Shown here: piece by piece, positions 37,817 through 54,500 of the stretch
Numbering within the stretch: the stretch's first letter is position 1
How the letters are laid out: every line of letters starts with the position of its first letter
NCBI RefSeq assembly: GCF_000143415.4
Contig: NW_003314262.1
Span: 1,167,960 to 1,231,959, forward strand
Length of the DNA: 64,000 nucleotides
Reading direction: 5' to 3'
DNA from: Selaginella moellendorffii
Lineage: Eukaryota > Plantae > Lycopodiophyta
Program-made: the position numbers and the translations under genes
The notes under the pieces: generated by a model
Database searches by the model: none
Told to the model about the DNA's origin: nothing
Seen by the model: only the letters and a program-made list of their open reading frames with translations

Positions 37817-39034
37817 TCATGCCACACGCCTCAAAGACGGTCGATAAACCACCGTTTCATTGAAACGATCTGTGAGCTGGGGTGGCTCTATCTCGCACCA
37901 TTTGTCCGTGTTCAGGTTGTAAACCACAACTGGAGCGTCGTCTGAGAAGCAGACAAGGTTGCCATCGGCGGCTGTCATCACTTGAAGCATATAATACTGA
38001 CGTTTAGGATCCTTTATAGCGCAGGTTACACACACAGCAGAAACTGCAACCAAGCTTCCATTGTTCTCAACTGTCCACACGCCAAAACCATCTACTCCAT
38101 CATCTCTGTCACAGGTAACCCCTGCATACACCCAGGCACTTGCAAAGTATTGCTGGCCATTGTACTCCCACAGCCTCGATGTGGACAAGCCTGGCTGCGG
38201 CAAAACACAGCACACACGGCTGTCGAATTCCCCTTTGCCAGCCTTGAATTGCCTTTCACAGCCTGTTGTGAACTTGAGGCTGCACACCACACTCCCAACA
38301 CTCCACTCACAACGTCGGATGTCATACATGCGCAGGGTAGTGATGTCGTAGTAGAAGTCGTCCATTTCTGGAAATGTGGGTATAAGGTTCATGTTGCAGA
38401 GCTCTTCCCTCTTGGTCCTCACTTTGATGTAAGCTTGCGAGAAGTGCAGCATACCCAATGCCGACCACGCTTGAGTGGCTGAGTCGTATACGTAGCCAGT
38501 GTGCCCCGTTGCAGCAGCACAGTGAACGCCCAGCTTGAAGAAACCACTGGCATCGTCCACAAACATCGCAAAGTCCATGGTCGCTTCTTCTGCGTCCTTC
38601 CACTGCAGAGCTGGTATCTCCATCCACTCGCAGGTGAGTGGATTGCCCACCAGGAAATGGTACTTTGGACGTGCTTGTGGTGGCAAGCAGAAGGCGCATA
38701 GAAGGCCGCCAGCGGAAGCCTTGATTCTAGCAAAAGTATAGGGCTTCCGCAATGGGGGTAGCTTGAGCTCTCGCCTGTGGCCCGACTCTCCAAAGGCGTA
38801 CAAGCACCAGCTCGTGTACTCGGAACCGGGGACGCTTGTCAGGATCTGGGGTGTCTCTTTGACACCAGCGTTGCGGCACCACAGGTGGCGAAAGGTGTGT
38901 GAGTTGATGATGGAGTTCCATGACTTGCAAACGACCAAGCAATTCGATAGTGTGGCCAGGTCCACAAAGCTCAAAATCATCTCCAAAGTATCATCCTGGG
39001 TGATGGACTCGATCCTCTTGTTTGAGCGCTTCAT
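37817..39034 (-). CDS. F-box protein, tandem paralog of 35292-36458
   Basis: Intact 405-aa ORF, clearly collinear with the first copy. Confidence 0.9.
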   Translation of the reverse strand: MKRSNKRIESITQDDTLEMILSFVDLATLSNCLVVCKSWNSIINSHTFRHLWCRNAGVKETPQILTSVPGSEYTSWCLYAFGESGHRRELKLPPLRKPYTFARIKASAGGLLCAFCLPPQARPKYHFLVGNPLTCEWMEIPALQWKDAEEATMDFAMFVDDASGFFKLGVHCAAATGHTGYVYDSATQAWSALGMLHFSQAYIKVRTKREELCNMNLIPTFPEMDDFYYDITTLRMYDIRRCEWSVGSVVCSLKFTTGCERQFKAGKGEFDSRVCCVLPQPGLSTSRLWEYNGQQYFASAWVYAGVTCDRDDGVDGFGVWTVENNGSLVAVSAVCVTCAIKDPKRQYYMLQVMTAADGNLVCFSDDAPVVVYNLNTDKWCEIEPPQLTDRFNETVVYRPSLRRVA

Positions 39035-39135
39035 TCGTTGGCTTCAACCCTAAACCTTAAAGATAATATTAATTTCAACGACCCTTTAATCCTTTTTGCT
39101 AGACTAAAGGATATTCCTTTGTTTTTCGTGCCCTA

Positions 39136-40126
39136 ATGGCGATGGCGGTCTTTCTGGCGCTGTGCGTGTTCGCGATTGGGTTCTTCGCGGCCAGGTGAGC
39201 GATTTCGGATCTCACAGCTCCTTTTCTGCTGGCTGATGCGATCTAGCGCAGGGGCGAGGAGAGATATGTGATTGACGGGACGATCAGATTGCAAGGTATG
39301 ATGGATTCGTCCTCTCTTCGTTTCGATTTGCTAGTTTTGCTCTTCTTATTCGCTAGATCTTCAATTGAAGCCTGCCAGTGTCAAGCTCTTGCTGAATGGA
39401 GGGGAGAAAATCACTTTCCCACTCAAGAATGGCTATTTCGCTTTGTAAGTAGCTTGTTAGTTTTATTTCATTCTTTCTATGCTTGTGTGATGTCTTATTC
39501 GAAAAACATGGTTTCGTTTATTTAGTCAAGGGATTCCGGCAGGCACACATCTGATCGAAGTCTCTGCGCCTGGATTTTTTTTTTCACCGGTACATTTACA
39601 GTCGAGTCTCGAAATTTTTTTCCTTTACAAATTCTTTCTTCGTGCAGCTCCGGGTTGACGTGAGTGCAAGACTGCACGGGCAAGTGAGAGCAAGTCGGTC
39701 GAGACCGGAAGAGTTCTCTCCGGTAACTTGGTGCTCGAGCCAATGAGACAGGAGCAATACTTCGAGGTGATCATCCTCTCTTGCTGTTGCTGTTCAAGAT
39801 ACATAAGTTTGTTTCGTTTCAGAAGCGTGAGCCGTTTTCAGTCCTCGGCTTGTTGAAGAGTCCCATGGGATTGATGGTGGCTTTTATGCTGATAGCCGTT
39901 GTCGTCCTTCCCAAACTTATGGACAACATAGGTAAGCAATTACGTTTCCCTTTTCCCTCCTTTCGTTGTAGTTGTTGGTTCCCTTTTTGTTCTTGATTTT
40001 CGCTTCTCCTCCTTTGGCTGAGTCGTGGTGCTCGCAGATCCGGAGGAAATGAAAAAGATACAGGAGGAAATGCGCAATCGCCCATCCCCGTCATTTTCAA
40101 ATCTTTTACAAGGGGCCCGGAGCTAG
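39136..40126 (+). CDS. EMC7: ER membrane protein complex subunit 7 homolog (one apparent -1 frameshift)
   Basis: Signal peptide; GIPAGTHLIEV..GFFFSP|LRVDVSAR; KREPFS..LLKSPMGLM TM; DPEEMKK.QEEM. Confidence 0.85.
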
Positions 40127-40568
40127 CCATGTAGGAGAGCAAAGTCACAAGCTAGAAAAGGTTTGTGTCACATAGTTCTTACGAATTCAGACACTTGTTT
40201 GCAGCGAGAACTTGATTGATTGAAGGTAGCCACCTTAAAAGCGAGAATGAGTCTCGTTTATTCGATCTCGGCTTCACCAAACCAGTTGTCCGAGTTTGGT
40301 GTTTTGGTCGTAGCATTTAAACCGGACATGTGACCGCGCACCTCACTGCCGGAGAGCATATTCTTTTACAGGGCGGTGGTGCCTTGTTCGTCCTCTCGTC
40401 TCACACCGTCAGTGCGTTCTTTTTTTCTTCGTTTTTTCCTGCTCTCTTGTTCGTCTCACATCGTCTTCTTCTTGTTCTTCTTCTCTTCGCCTTCGGAGTT
40501 CTTCTCTTCTTCTTCCTTGTCTCTGTGTTTAGTTGGTCTTGTTCTTCGTTTTTGGTGGCTCTGCAGGG

Positions 40569-43101
40569 ATGGAGGAGAGCAAGATACTGGGCTGCTGGCC
40601 ATGGCAGCGGATGGGCACTTACAAGGTGAATACAAAAACCTTTTTTTTCTTCTATTTCTTCTTCTTCTTTCTTTTCTGGCTCCAGTCTTTTGCTGATTGC
40701 CTGGCCTTGTTGGTTTTCAATTTTCTTGTTTTGCAGTATCACTTGTTTCTACCGATATTCTTGAGCGCTGCTCATTCTCACTACTTGGGGACGAGCCCCC
40801 GCGACAATTGGTGTTTCCACATTCTCGTCATCGCTGCTCTTCGCTACGCGCTGTACCAGGCTTGGTCCAGCTTCGCTCGTCTACACGCCGTGGTGAAACA
40901 CCATCAGATCATATCTTATGCTCTCACTTACGAGCAAGTCGATCGAGAATTTGACTGGTAACTTTCGTTCTCCCTTTTGTTTTTGTCCATCTCATGGCAT
41001 TGTCTTTTCTCCTTTCAGCGACAATGGAATTATCCTGCACTCGTTGCTGGCTTACGCACTTGGACCCAATGACATCAGCGGGTTTTCCATTTGGAATCTT
41101 CGCGGTCTCGTCTACCTGATTGCTTTCCACGCCGGGGTCACCGAGTCTGCTTACTACTGGCTTCATCGGGCCTTCCACACGAAATCTTTGTTTCGTTCTT
41201 TTCATTCTTACCACCATGCTTCTACTGCACCCGAGCCAGCAACGGGTTAAGTACAGTCCGATTTTCTTCTTTGTTCTCTGAGCTGATTTTTCCGTGTGAT
41301 TGACGTGCAGCTTTTACTCACACTTTCCTAGAGGCCCTTCTCCAGACGGTTTTGATGTCTGTACCCATTTTTGCGTCGTGTTTTCTAGGCGGAAGCTGTC
41401 TAGCTCTCTTCTACGTGTATCCCCTGGCTTTTGACTTCTTCAAATACTTGGGACATTTCAACTGCGAGATCGTACCTTTGTGGGCTTTTCAGAAGCTTCC
41501 GTTGCTCAAGTATCTGATTTACACACCATCGTAAGTTCTTTTTTCTTATAAGTACCTAGAATAAACTTGTTTGGTTTTTTCTTTTGATCGCAGCTACCAT
41601 TCTCTTCACCATTTGGATCTCAAATCCAATTTTTGTTTATTCATGCCGCTGTACGATTATTTAGGTGGCACGCAACATCCAAACACTCACGCGTTTTACA
41701 GATCGATCAGGAAAGATGGTATGTACGCCTGGAAGTTTTTTGTCATTATCGTCACTACTTGCTTCCAGGACGAGAAGCTGTCCCGCAGTTCGTTTTCCTG
41801 GTCCATTGCATTGACATATTGTCCTCGCTGCACGTTGCTTTTAGTGGCCGGACCGCTTCGAGCGTCCCTTTTAGAGGCGAGTGGTACGCTTGGCTCGTTT
41901 TCCCAATCGGCTTAGTCTCCTGCTTCTGTGTATGGATATGGGGAAAAACTTTTGTGGCAACAAAGTATCTTCTCGACGGGCTACATGCACAGAGCTGGGT
42001 GGTTCCGAGATATGGATTCCATGTAAGCTAGACAGAAACTTTGTTGTGGGATTTCGCGTTTCTAACACTCTCTTGGATCAGTACTTCATTCCTGCTTGTG
42101 CTGCTGGCATCAACAGGCACATCGAACGAGCCATCCTGGACGCGGACGAGCTTGGCGTCAAAGTTATCAGCCTGGCTGCATTAAACAAGGTGAGCATCTA
42201 AATCTCCTGCGCTCTTGTTTTCTACTTCCCGTGCTTTCTGCAGAATGAATCGCTCAATGGTGGCGGCCTGCTGTTCGTGAAAAAGCACCCGAATCTCAAA
42301 GTCCGTGTTGTCCATGGGAACACACTCACAGCTGCGCTCGTCTTGCGGGAGCTCCCAGCCGAGACGAGCGAAGTCTTTCTGACCGGATCTACATCCAAGA
42401 TCGGGCGCGCAATTGCGCTCTATCTCTGCAGGAGGAACGTCCGCATCATGGTACCATTGTACTTTCACACAGGTTTTTCTTGCTTTCTCACTCCAGGTTC
42501 TTTTCCAGATGCTTACCACTTCGAGAGAGCGATACCAGTCCATAGTGGACGAAGCTCCGGCGGACTGCCGACATAATCTTGTGCAGGTGACCAAGTACCA
42601 AGCCGGTCAGACGTGCAAGGTGACAGTTTCCCTTCGTTTTCCTCTTTTCAGATGAAGAAAGGCTTTTCTTTGTTCGTTTTTCCCGCAGACATGGATCGTT
42701 GGCAAATGGGCGACGAGCCAGGATCAGAGCTGGGCTCCGCATGGGAGCCACTTTCATCAATTTGTGGTACCTCCTGTTCACGAGTACAGGAAAGACTGCA
42801 CGTATGGAAAGCTGGCAGGGATGAAGCTGCCACAGAGCGTAGAGGGCGTGCACAGTTGCGAGGTTGGTTGCTCGATGACATCTCCGCCGCTTTGATTCCT
42901 CACTTCTTTCTGTGTTGGTGGCTCCGCTGCGCTTTTTTGCAGTATACGTTTGACAGGGGGGTGGTTGCTGCGTGTCACGCCGGCGGTCTCGTTCATGCGC
43001 TGGAGAATTGGACGCATCACGAAGTTGGCAGCATTGACATCGATCACATTGATCTAGTGTGGGAAGCGGCACTTAAGCACGGGCTTGAGCCAGTCCTTTG
43101 A
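40569..43101 (+). CDS. CER3: ECERIFERUM3/WAX2-like wax biosynthesis protein, multi-exon
   Basis: WPWQRMG.YK; His clusters [18 protein letters not shown]; [17 protein letters not shown]; CER3-type C-terminus ACHAGG..H....THHEVG. Confidence 0.9.
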
Positions 43102-43464
43102 AAGTTCAGAGCAAACTAAAGGGAAAAGAAAAACAAAACGAAAAAGACATTTTTATAAAGAAGGAAACAAAAAAGAAAGAAATCTCAGTTTACTTGTACC
43201 GATCAGATTTTTCAGCGATCACTGAGAAAGAGGAGAGAATCATAGCGTAGACTAATTTACTTGTAGAAAGAAGCAGCATCCTTCAATCTTTTGAAGAAAA
43301 AATCATAATTTAAGACTATTAGTCTAACGCATCCTTTGCAGAAACATGTTGAGCCATCTCGAGCTTGCTCTTGAATTCCACCCCTTGCGATCCACCATCA
43401 GGCCTTCTATAACATGAACTAATTTCCAAACACACTCTGGAAATCCCTGGATCACCCAGACCTT

Positions 43465-44020
43465 TAGAGATTACATTGCTCCATTCCAAGTCCCTGTGAA
43501 ACGAGCTCGGCTCCATGGAGAGCATCGAGTCCCAGCGAAGTATGCTTCACTGCTTGCACAAGTTTTTTCTTGCTGATTGCAATCTCCCAGCTAACCCACG
43601 CATCATGCACGACTAAGATTGACCACAGTTTGATTGCAATTTACCCCAAGAACAACTCCAAGAGAAAGCATTGTGCACTAAGCACACAAGACAAAATCCA
43701 TTGCTTGTTGCTCCCTGAACTCACTTTGATGTCCTTTTTCTCGGTTTCCTTACCATATTACTTTATTTTTTCTCTTCAACCAAGCTACCTTTCTCCCAAA
43801 CAATCTAGTTTGCTTTTGCTAGCTTTATTTTATTTCCACTCTCTAGTTCTTTTCCTTGCATTCACTACTAGGAAATCATGTTGCCCCTCTCATCAAGCAT
43901 GTTATCCCTACTAGAATCTCTAGGATTTCTTATTTGCAAAAATCCTTCAATCCCTCAATTCTTGAATGTGATCATCTCCAAAGTATCATCTTGGTCTATC
44001 CTCTTGTTTGAGCGCTTCAT
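43465..44020 (-). pseudogene. Chimeric remnant: F-box gene 5' end (44020-43970) plus frameshifted protein-kinase fragment (~43590-43465)
   Basis: MKRSNKRIDQDDTLEMI versus MKRSNKRIESITQDDTLEMI at 39034; LGLDALHGAELV(+1 T)HRDLEWSNVI. Confidence 0.6.
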
Positions 44021-44231
44021 GATCGCGAATCTAACTTTTAAAACTTATCTTTCTCAAAGGAGGACTGACCGTACAAGAAAACACTCAGCTTTGGACAAGA
44101 TTCCGTGTGAGTCTTGATAATGTAAGTGGCAGCACAAAACTTGCATATAATTTACACCTCTTGCCAATAGAATCACTTCCTCGGTCCATCACTGGTTCTT
44201 CGAAACGAAGTGCATAGATGGAAACCAGACT

Positions 44232-45647
<1,416 letters not shown>

Positions 45648-45852
45648 AGCTCGCGCTTAAGGGGATAAAATAAGGAAGGGGCTTTAGGGTTTAAAGGTTT
45701 AGGTTTATTGGTTTAGGTTAAGAACAGAATATTCCAGAGCATCTTACCTTGAAAGAGATCTCATGTATACGGAGGTACGCATCTCTGCCGGGGGAGGTCT
45801 CTCGTGCTCCTCTCGAGTTCTTGTCTAAAGCTTTGCTTCGCGGCAGAGAAGA

Positions 45853-46963
45853 ATGCGAGGAGAGATCGCGCGGCGCGTCACTGCGGTGGTGGGCGTCGGG
45901 CCTGGCCTGGGCCTCTCAATCGCGCGGAGGTTTGCTCGCGAGGGCTACATCGTCGCCATTCTCTCCCGGAACCTAGGTCTGTGAATCCAATCGATTTGCG
46001 GCGCAGCGCCGCCGGGACGATGATCAGATCTGTGTCTGTGATCCAGAGAAGCTCATGAAATTGGCCGAGGAGATCGTGGAGAAGGAGGCCAAGGCGCAGG
46101 TCGCGGCGATTCGAATCGATTGCGCCGATGGCAAGTCCGTCAAGGAGGCATTCGAGGCCGTCCACTCGCTCGGCGCGGTGGAGAGTTTGGTAAGAACAGT
46201 GTGACGTATCCATCCTCGCAACCGATCCAGCAGCTTTCCAAGAATTCTTTCGCTAGACTTGATTGATTTTGATGGATACTTTTCTTGCGTGTTCTTCCTC
46301 CCAGGTCTTTAATACCAACACTCCATTTCCATGGCCGCCTCCCAAGTTCACGGACGTCAAGCCCGAGTCCTTCGAGCGATCCATCACGGTGCCAATCATG
46401 GGCGCGTTCTACTGTGCTCAACAGGTTCTTCTTTTTTATTTCTTTGATCGTCGTCTTCGCGAATCTTTCTTAAAGGGGCTAGCGCTCAAGATCCCCTTGT
46501 CGCGTTTGTAATGTAGGTGCTGCCAGGCATGGTCGAGCGAAGAAAAGGAAGCATTCTCTTCACTGGCGCCACTGCTTCGCTGCGAGGAAGCGCTGGTTTT
46601 GCAGAGCTTGGTATGGATCTTCTGCCTCTATCTTTGATATGATCCTAGATTTGATCTTGTAGCTTGCGGTAAGTTTGGCCTGCGAGCTCTCGCGCAATGC
46701 CTGGCGAGAGAATACCAGCCGCAGGGGATTCACGTCGCTCACGTTGTCATCGATGGTATGATCGCTTCGTCGCAGAAGTAAGAAATCCTCCGCCCCGAAA
46801 GAAGGATTTGACGATTTCTCCAATTCTTCGTTTGAGCAGTGCCAATGATCAAACTGGGCTAAACCCAGATGCCGTCGCCGATAGCTTCTGGCAGCTGCAT
46901 TGCCAAGACAAGAGCGCGTGGACCATGGAACTGGATTTGCGACCCTTCTTCGAGAAATTCTAG
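45853..46963 (+). CDS. Short-chain dehydrogenase/reductase, multi-exon
   Basis: VGVGPGLGLSIARRFAREG Rossmann motif; FTGATASLRG; KFGLRALAQCLAREYQPQGIHVAHVVIDG; WTMELDLRPF. Confidence 0.92.
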
Positions 46964-47070
46964 AGACATCCCTGTACAGTTTGTGTGTTTTATAGGAGCT
47001 CCCCTGTTTTAGGGTTCTTGGAGATTTTGATCTCTCTTGCGTGTGAGTGTTAGGGTTTTTGGGCGGGGCA

Positions 47071-51340
<4,270 letters not shown>

Positions 51341-51598
51341 AACAAACGCTTGTGTTGTAAAACATTAAAGGCTAGAAGCATTAGGGTTCTTGGGCAAAAA
51401 CCTAATTAGGTTATTGTGAGTTTGTGGGGAAGGGCGAGCAGAGATTTGGCAGGCGACTCCACTGCTCGATTGCGGTAAGCTCGCGGCGCGCCTCACTGGC
51501 GGGGCGGCGGCAATTCAGCTATGACGGGGCTTAGATCCAATCCGCCCTAACGCGCCTGCCAGCGATTTCTCTGTCTTGCTTCCTCCCGATGTTCTAGG

Positions 51599-54500
51599 AT
51601 GCTGTGCAAGGGAGATGCGGTCCGTGTGGCCGCTTCCTCCCTCGTCGCGCCGGCGCTGCTGCCGCCGCCGCCAATGCCTCCGCCGATTCCACTCAGGGAT
51701 CTGCGCAGCGGCAAATTGCCGTTGCCAGCTGAAGCTACAGAGGTGGACGAAGAGATCGAGGTGGATCTCCGGGAGGTTTATTTCCTTATCATGCATTTCC
51801 TGAGGAGCGGCCCTTGCGAGAGAGCCACTGGCCAGCTCTGGAACGAGCTCCTACAGCACAAGCTCTTGCCCCGGAGGTACCATGGATTCTTCTCCAGGAA
51901 TGGGACTCCCCCCGCCGACGAGAATGACGATGGTTTGTCGTTCCCACTCAGCTACGCGCAAGTTGCCGAGAGGTATTGTGTGTCGCCAAGTTCTTTGTTT
52001 TTTTGGTTTGTCTTGCTGACAAAAGGATGGATTTTTTTTTTCGATTTTCAGATATAAGAACGTTGACAACAACCACTTGGTTAAGCTCTTGCAGCAACTA
52101 CTTGTTCACGACAAGTCCGCGTCCTTGCTTGATGCGAAAGTTCCCAAGCAATTGACCGCCGCGGACGTTCCTACGCTTTTGGGGTCAGGAGCATTCTCGC
52201 TTTTGGAATGTAAGCCGTGTGCTTTTCGAATCTTGCCGTTGCTGATCCGAGCAAACTTCATACAGCGGAGCAAAGCAATGCTACTAGTATCTCTACCAAG
52301 AGAATAGAACAAATGCGATGGCCGCATTGGCAAGCTGACCAAGTTCATGCTCTCGCGTTCCGTGAACTTGGTGGTGGATTTGCAAAGCATCACAGACCGC
52401 CATCCACACGGACTGTGAAACATGTTATCATCAAGCCATCTGTACTGGTGAACAGAATAAGAATCATCCAGGTGCTAAGGGGTCATCGTAATGCGGTATA
52501 TTGTGGTATGTGTTTCTTTTCTTTTTGATTTTCAAGACCTATTAACGAAGCGATAAACGTGCAGCCGTTTTTGATCGTACTGGACGGTATCTTGTCACTG
52601 GCTCGGACGACCGGCTTGTGAAGATATGGTCCGTAGAAAATAGACTTTGCCTTCGTAGCTGTAGAGGACACGAGGTACTATTTTCTGCATCCGTTTCGAA
52701 TATTGTGCTTAAAACCTGGCTTTTAGGGGGATATAACCGATTTGTCTGTAAGTAGTTCGAACACTCTAGTTGCATCAGCTTCTAACGATTCCTCCATCCG
52801 TGTTGTAAGTATTCCTTTGTTGTGTTTTTGTTTCTTCTTTTGATTTATTTCGCTTCTGCCTATAGTGGGGATTACCAGATGGTGTTCCGGTTGCAATACT
52901 TCGTGGCCACACGGCGGGCGTAACGGCCATCAAATTTAGTCCTCGACCGGGCTGTGAGCACCATCTTCTATCGTAAGTGTTAATAATTTGGTTTTTCCAC
53001 TATACTTGTATTAAAATCTCGTGGTTTCAAGTTCGTCTGAAGACGGAACATGCCGTATTTGGGATGCTCGGGATTCTTCTGTCAATTCACGTGTCTACAT
53101 GCCGAAACCGGATGTCGAACCCGAATGTAAAGAGTCTGCCGATGTTTTTTTGGTCTTCTAAAAGCTTGTTTCCAGCTGCAGGAGCTGAGAATCGAGCACA
53201 GGCTACAAATCAGATTCAGTGCTGTGCGTTTAATGCAGATGGCTCATACTTTGTCACTGGGAGTTCGGACAAGCTTGCCAGGGTAAGCATTTAAAGTGGA
53301 CTTTTTATATTTCTGACAATTGTTGGAACAGGTTTGGGACGCAAGAAAGTGGGCGGACGAGTACACCGGGAGGCCAAATCATGAGCATGACATTCTTAGT
53401 GGACACGAGAATGTAGTTAACTACGTGCAGTTCAGGTTCGCCTCTTTGGCTTGGTCCTCGTTGACATCAATCGTCCTTTGTTCCAGTGGTTGTGCAGAGC
53501 CAATCAAAGTTTCTCCCGTCGACTTTTTGAAGGATGACAACGTCCCTGACAACATACCGAAGTTCAAAACAACCTGGTATACTGTGCCGCTCATTGCTAT
53601 CTGGTTTTAACGTTGGTTTTGTTCAGGTTTCCTCAAGATAGCATAGTTACTTGCTCAAGAGACGGCACTGCTATTATCTGGTCTCCTCGTCCTAGGAAAC
53701 AGGTGTGCATGGCCTTTCTTTCTGTGTAACTAATGCCATGACTTCTCCTCATTCCTCCAGCTGAAGCTAGGTCGGTGGGTGAAAGCTTATCATTTGAAAG
53801 TACCGCCCCCTCCGATGCCACAGCCTCCCGTTCGAACTGGTGGACCTCGACAAAAACTGCTTCCGACTCCTCGAGGTGTTAATATGATAGTCTGGAGTTT
53901 GGACAATCGTTTTGTACTCGCCGCAATTATGGGTAAGATACCTCACGAACTAATTTTATGGAATAACATGGATGTGCAGATTGCCGGATATGTGTCTGGA
54001 ATGCGGTTGATGGCAGTCTGGTGCACTGTTTAACCGGCCATACCAAGCAGGTATTGAAATGGAATTTATTGATTCCATTCTTTCTTAACATCTGTTATTT
54101 AGACTTACGTGCTAGATGTACATCCATGCAATCCTCGCATTGCAATGAGTGCGGGCTATGATGGCCGAGTTATTGTGTGGGATGTAAGTGTATTCGCTCA
54201 AAAAAAATGATCACGAATTTTGTTTTAGATCTGGGAGGGCCGTCCAGTAAGGACATTTGAGACGGGAGATTATAATCTTGTCGATGGCAACTTTTCACCG
54301 TAAGCTTGTTCTCATATCCATATACTGTTCTCATGTTTGCCAATTTTCAGGGATGGAACCTCATTGGTTGTTTCCGATGAGGTCGGCCAGGTCTACCTTT
54401 TTTCTACGGGAGCACCACCAAGTCAAGACGACGAAGATGCGAAATACGACCAGGTATCAGGAAGATTAGCTTCAGATCCTTCTCTTAACAGCTTTTTGTT

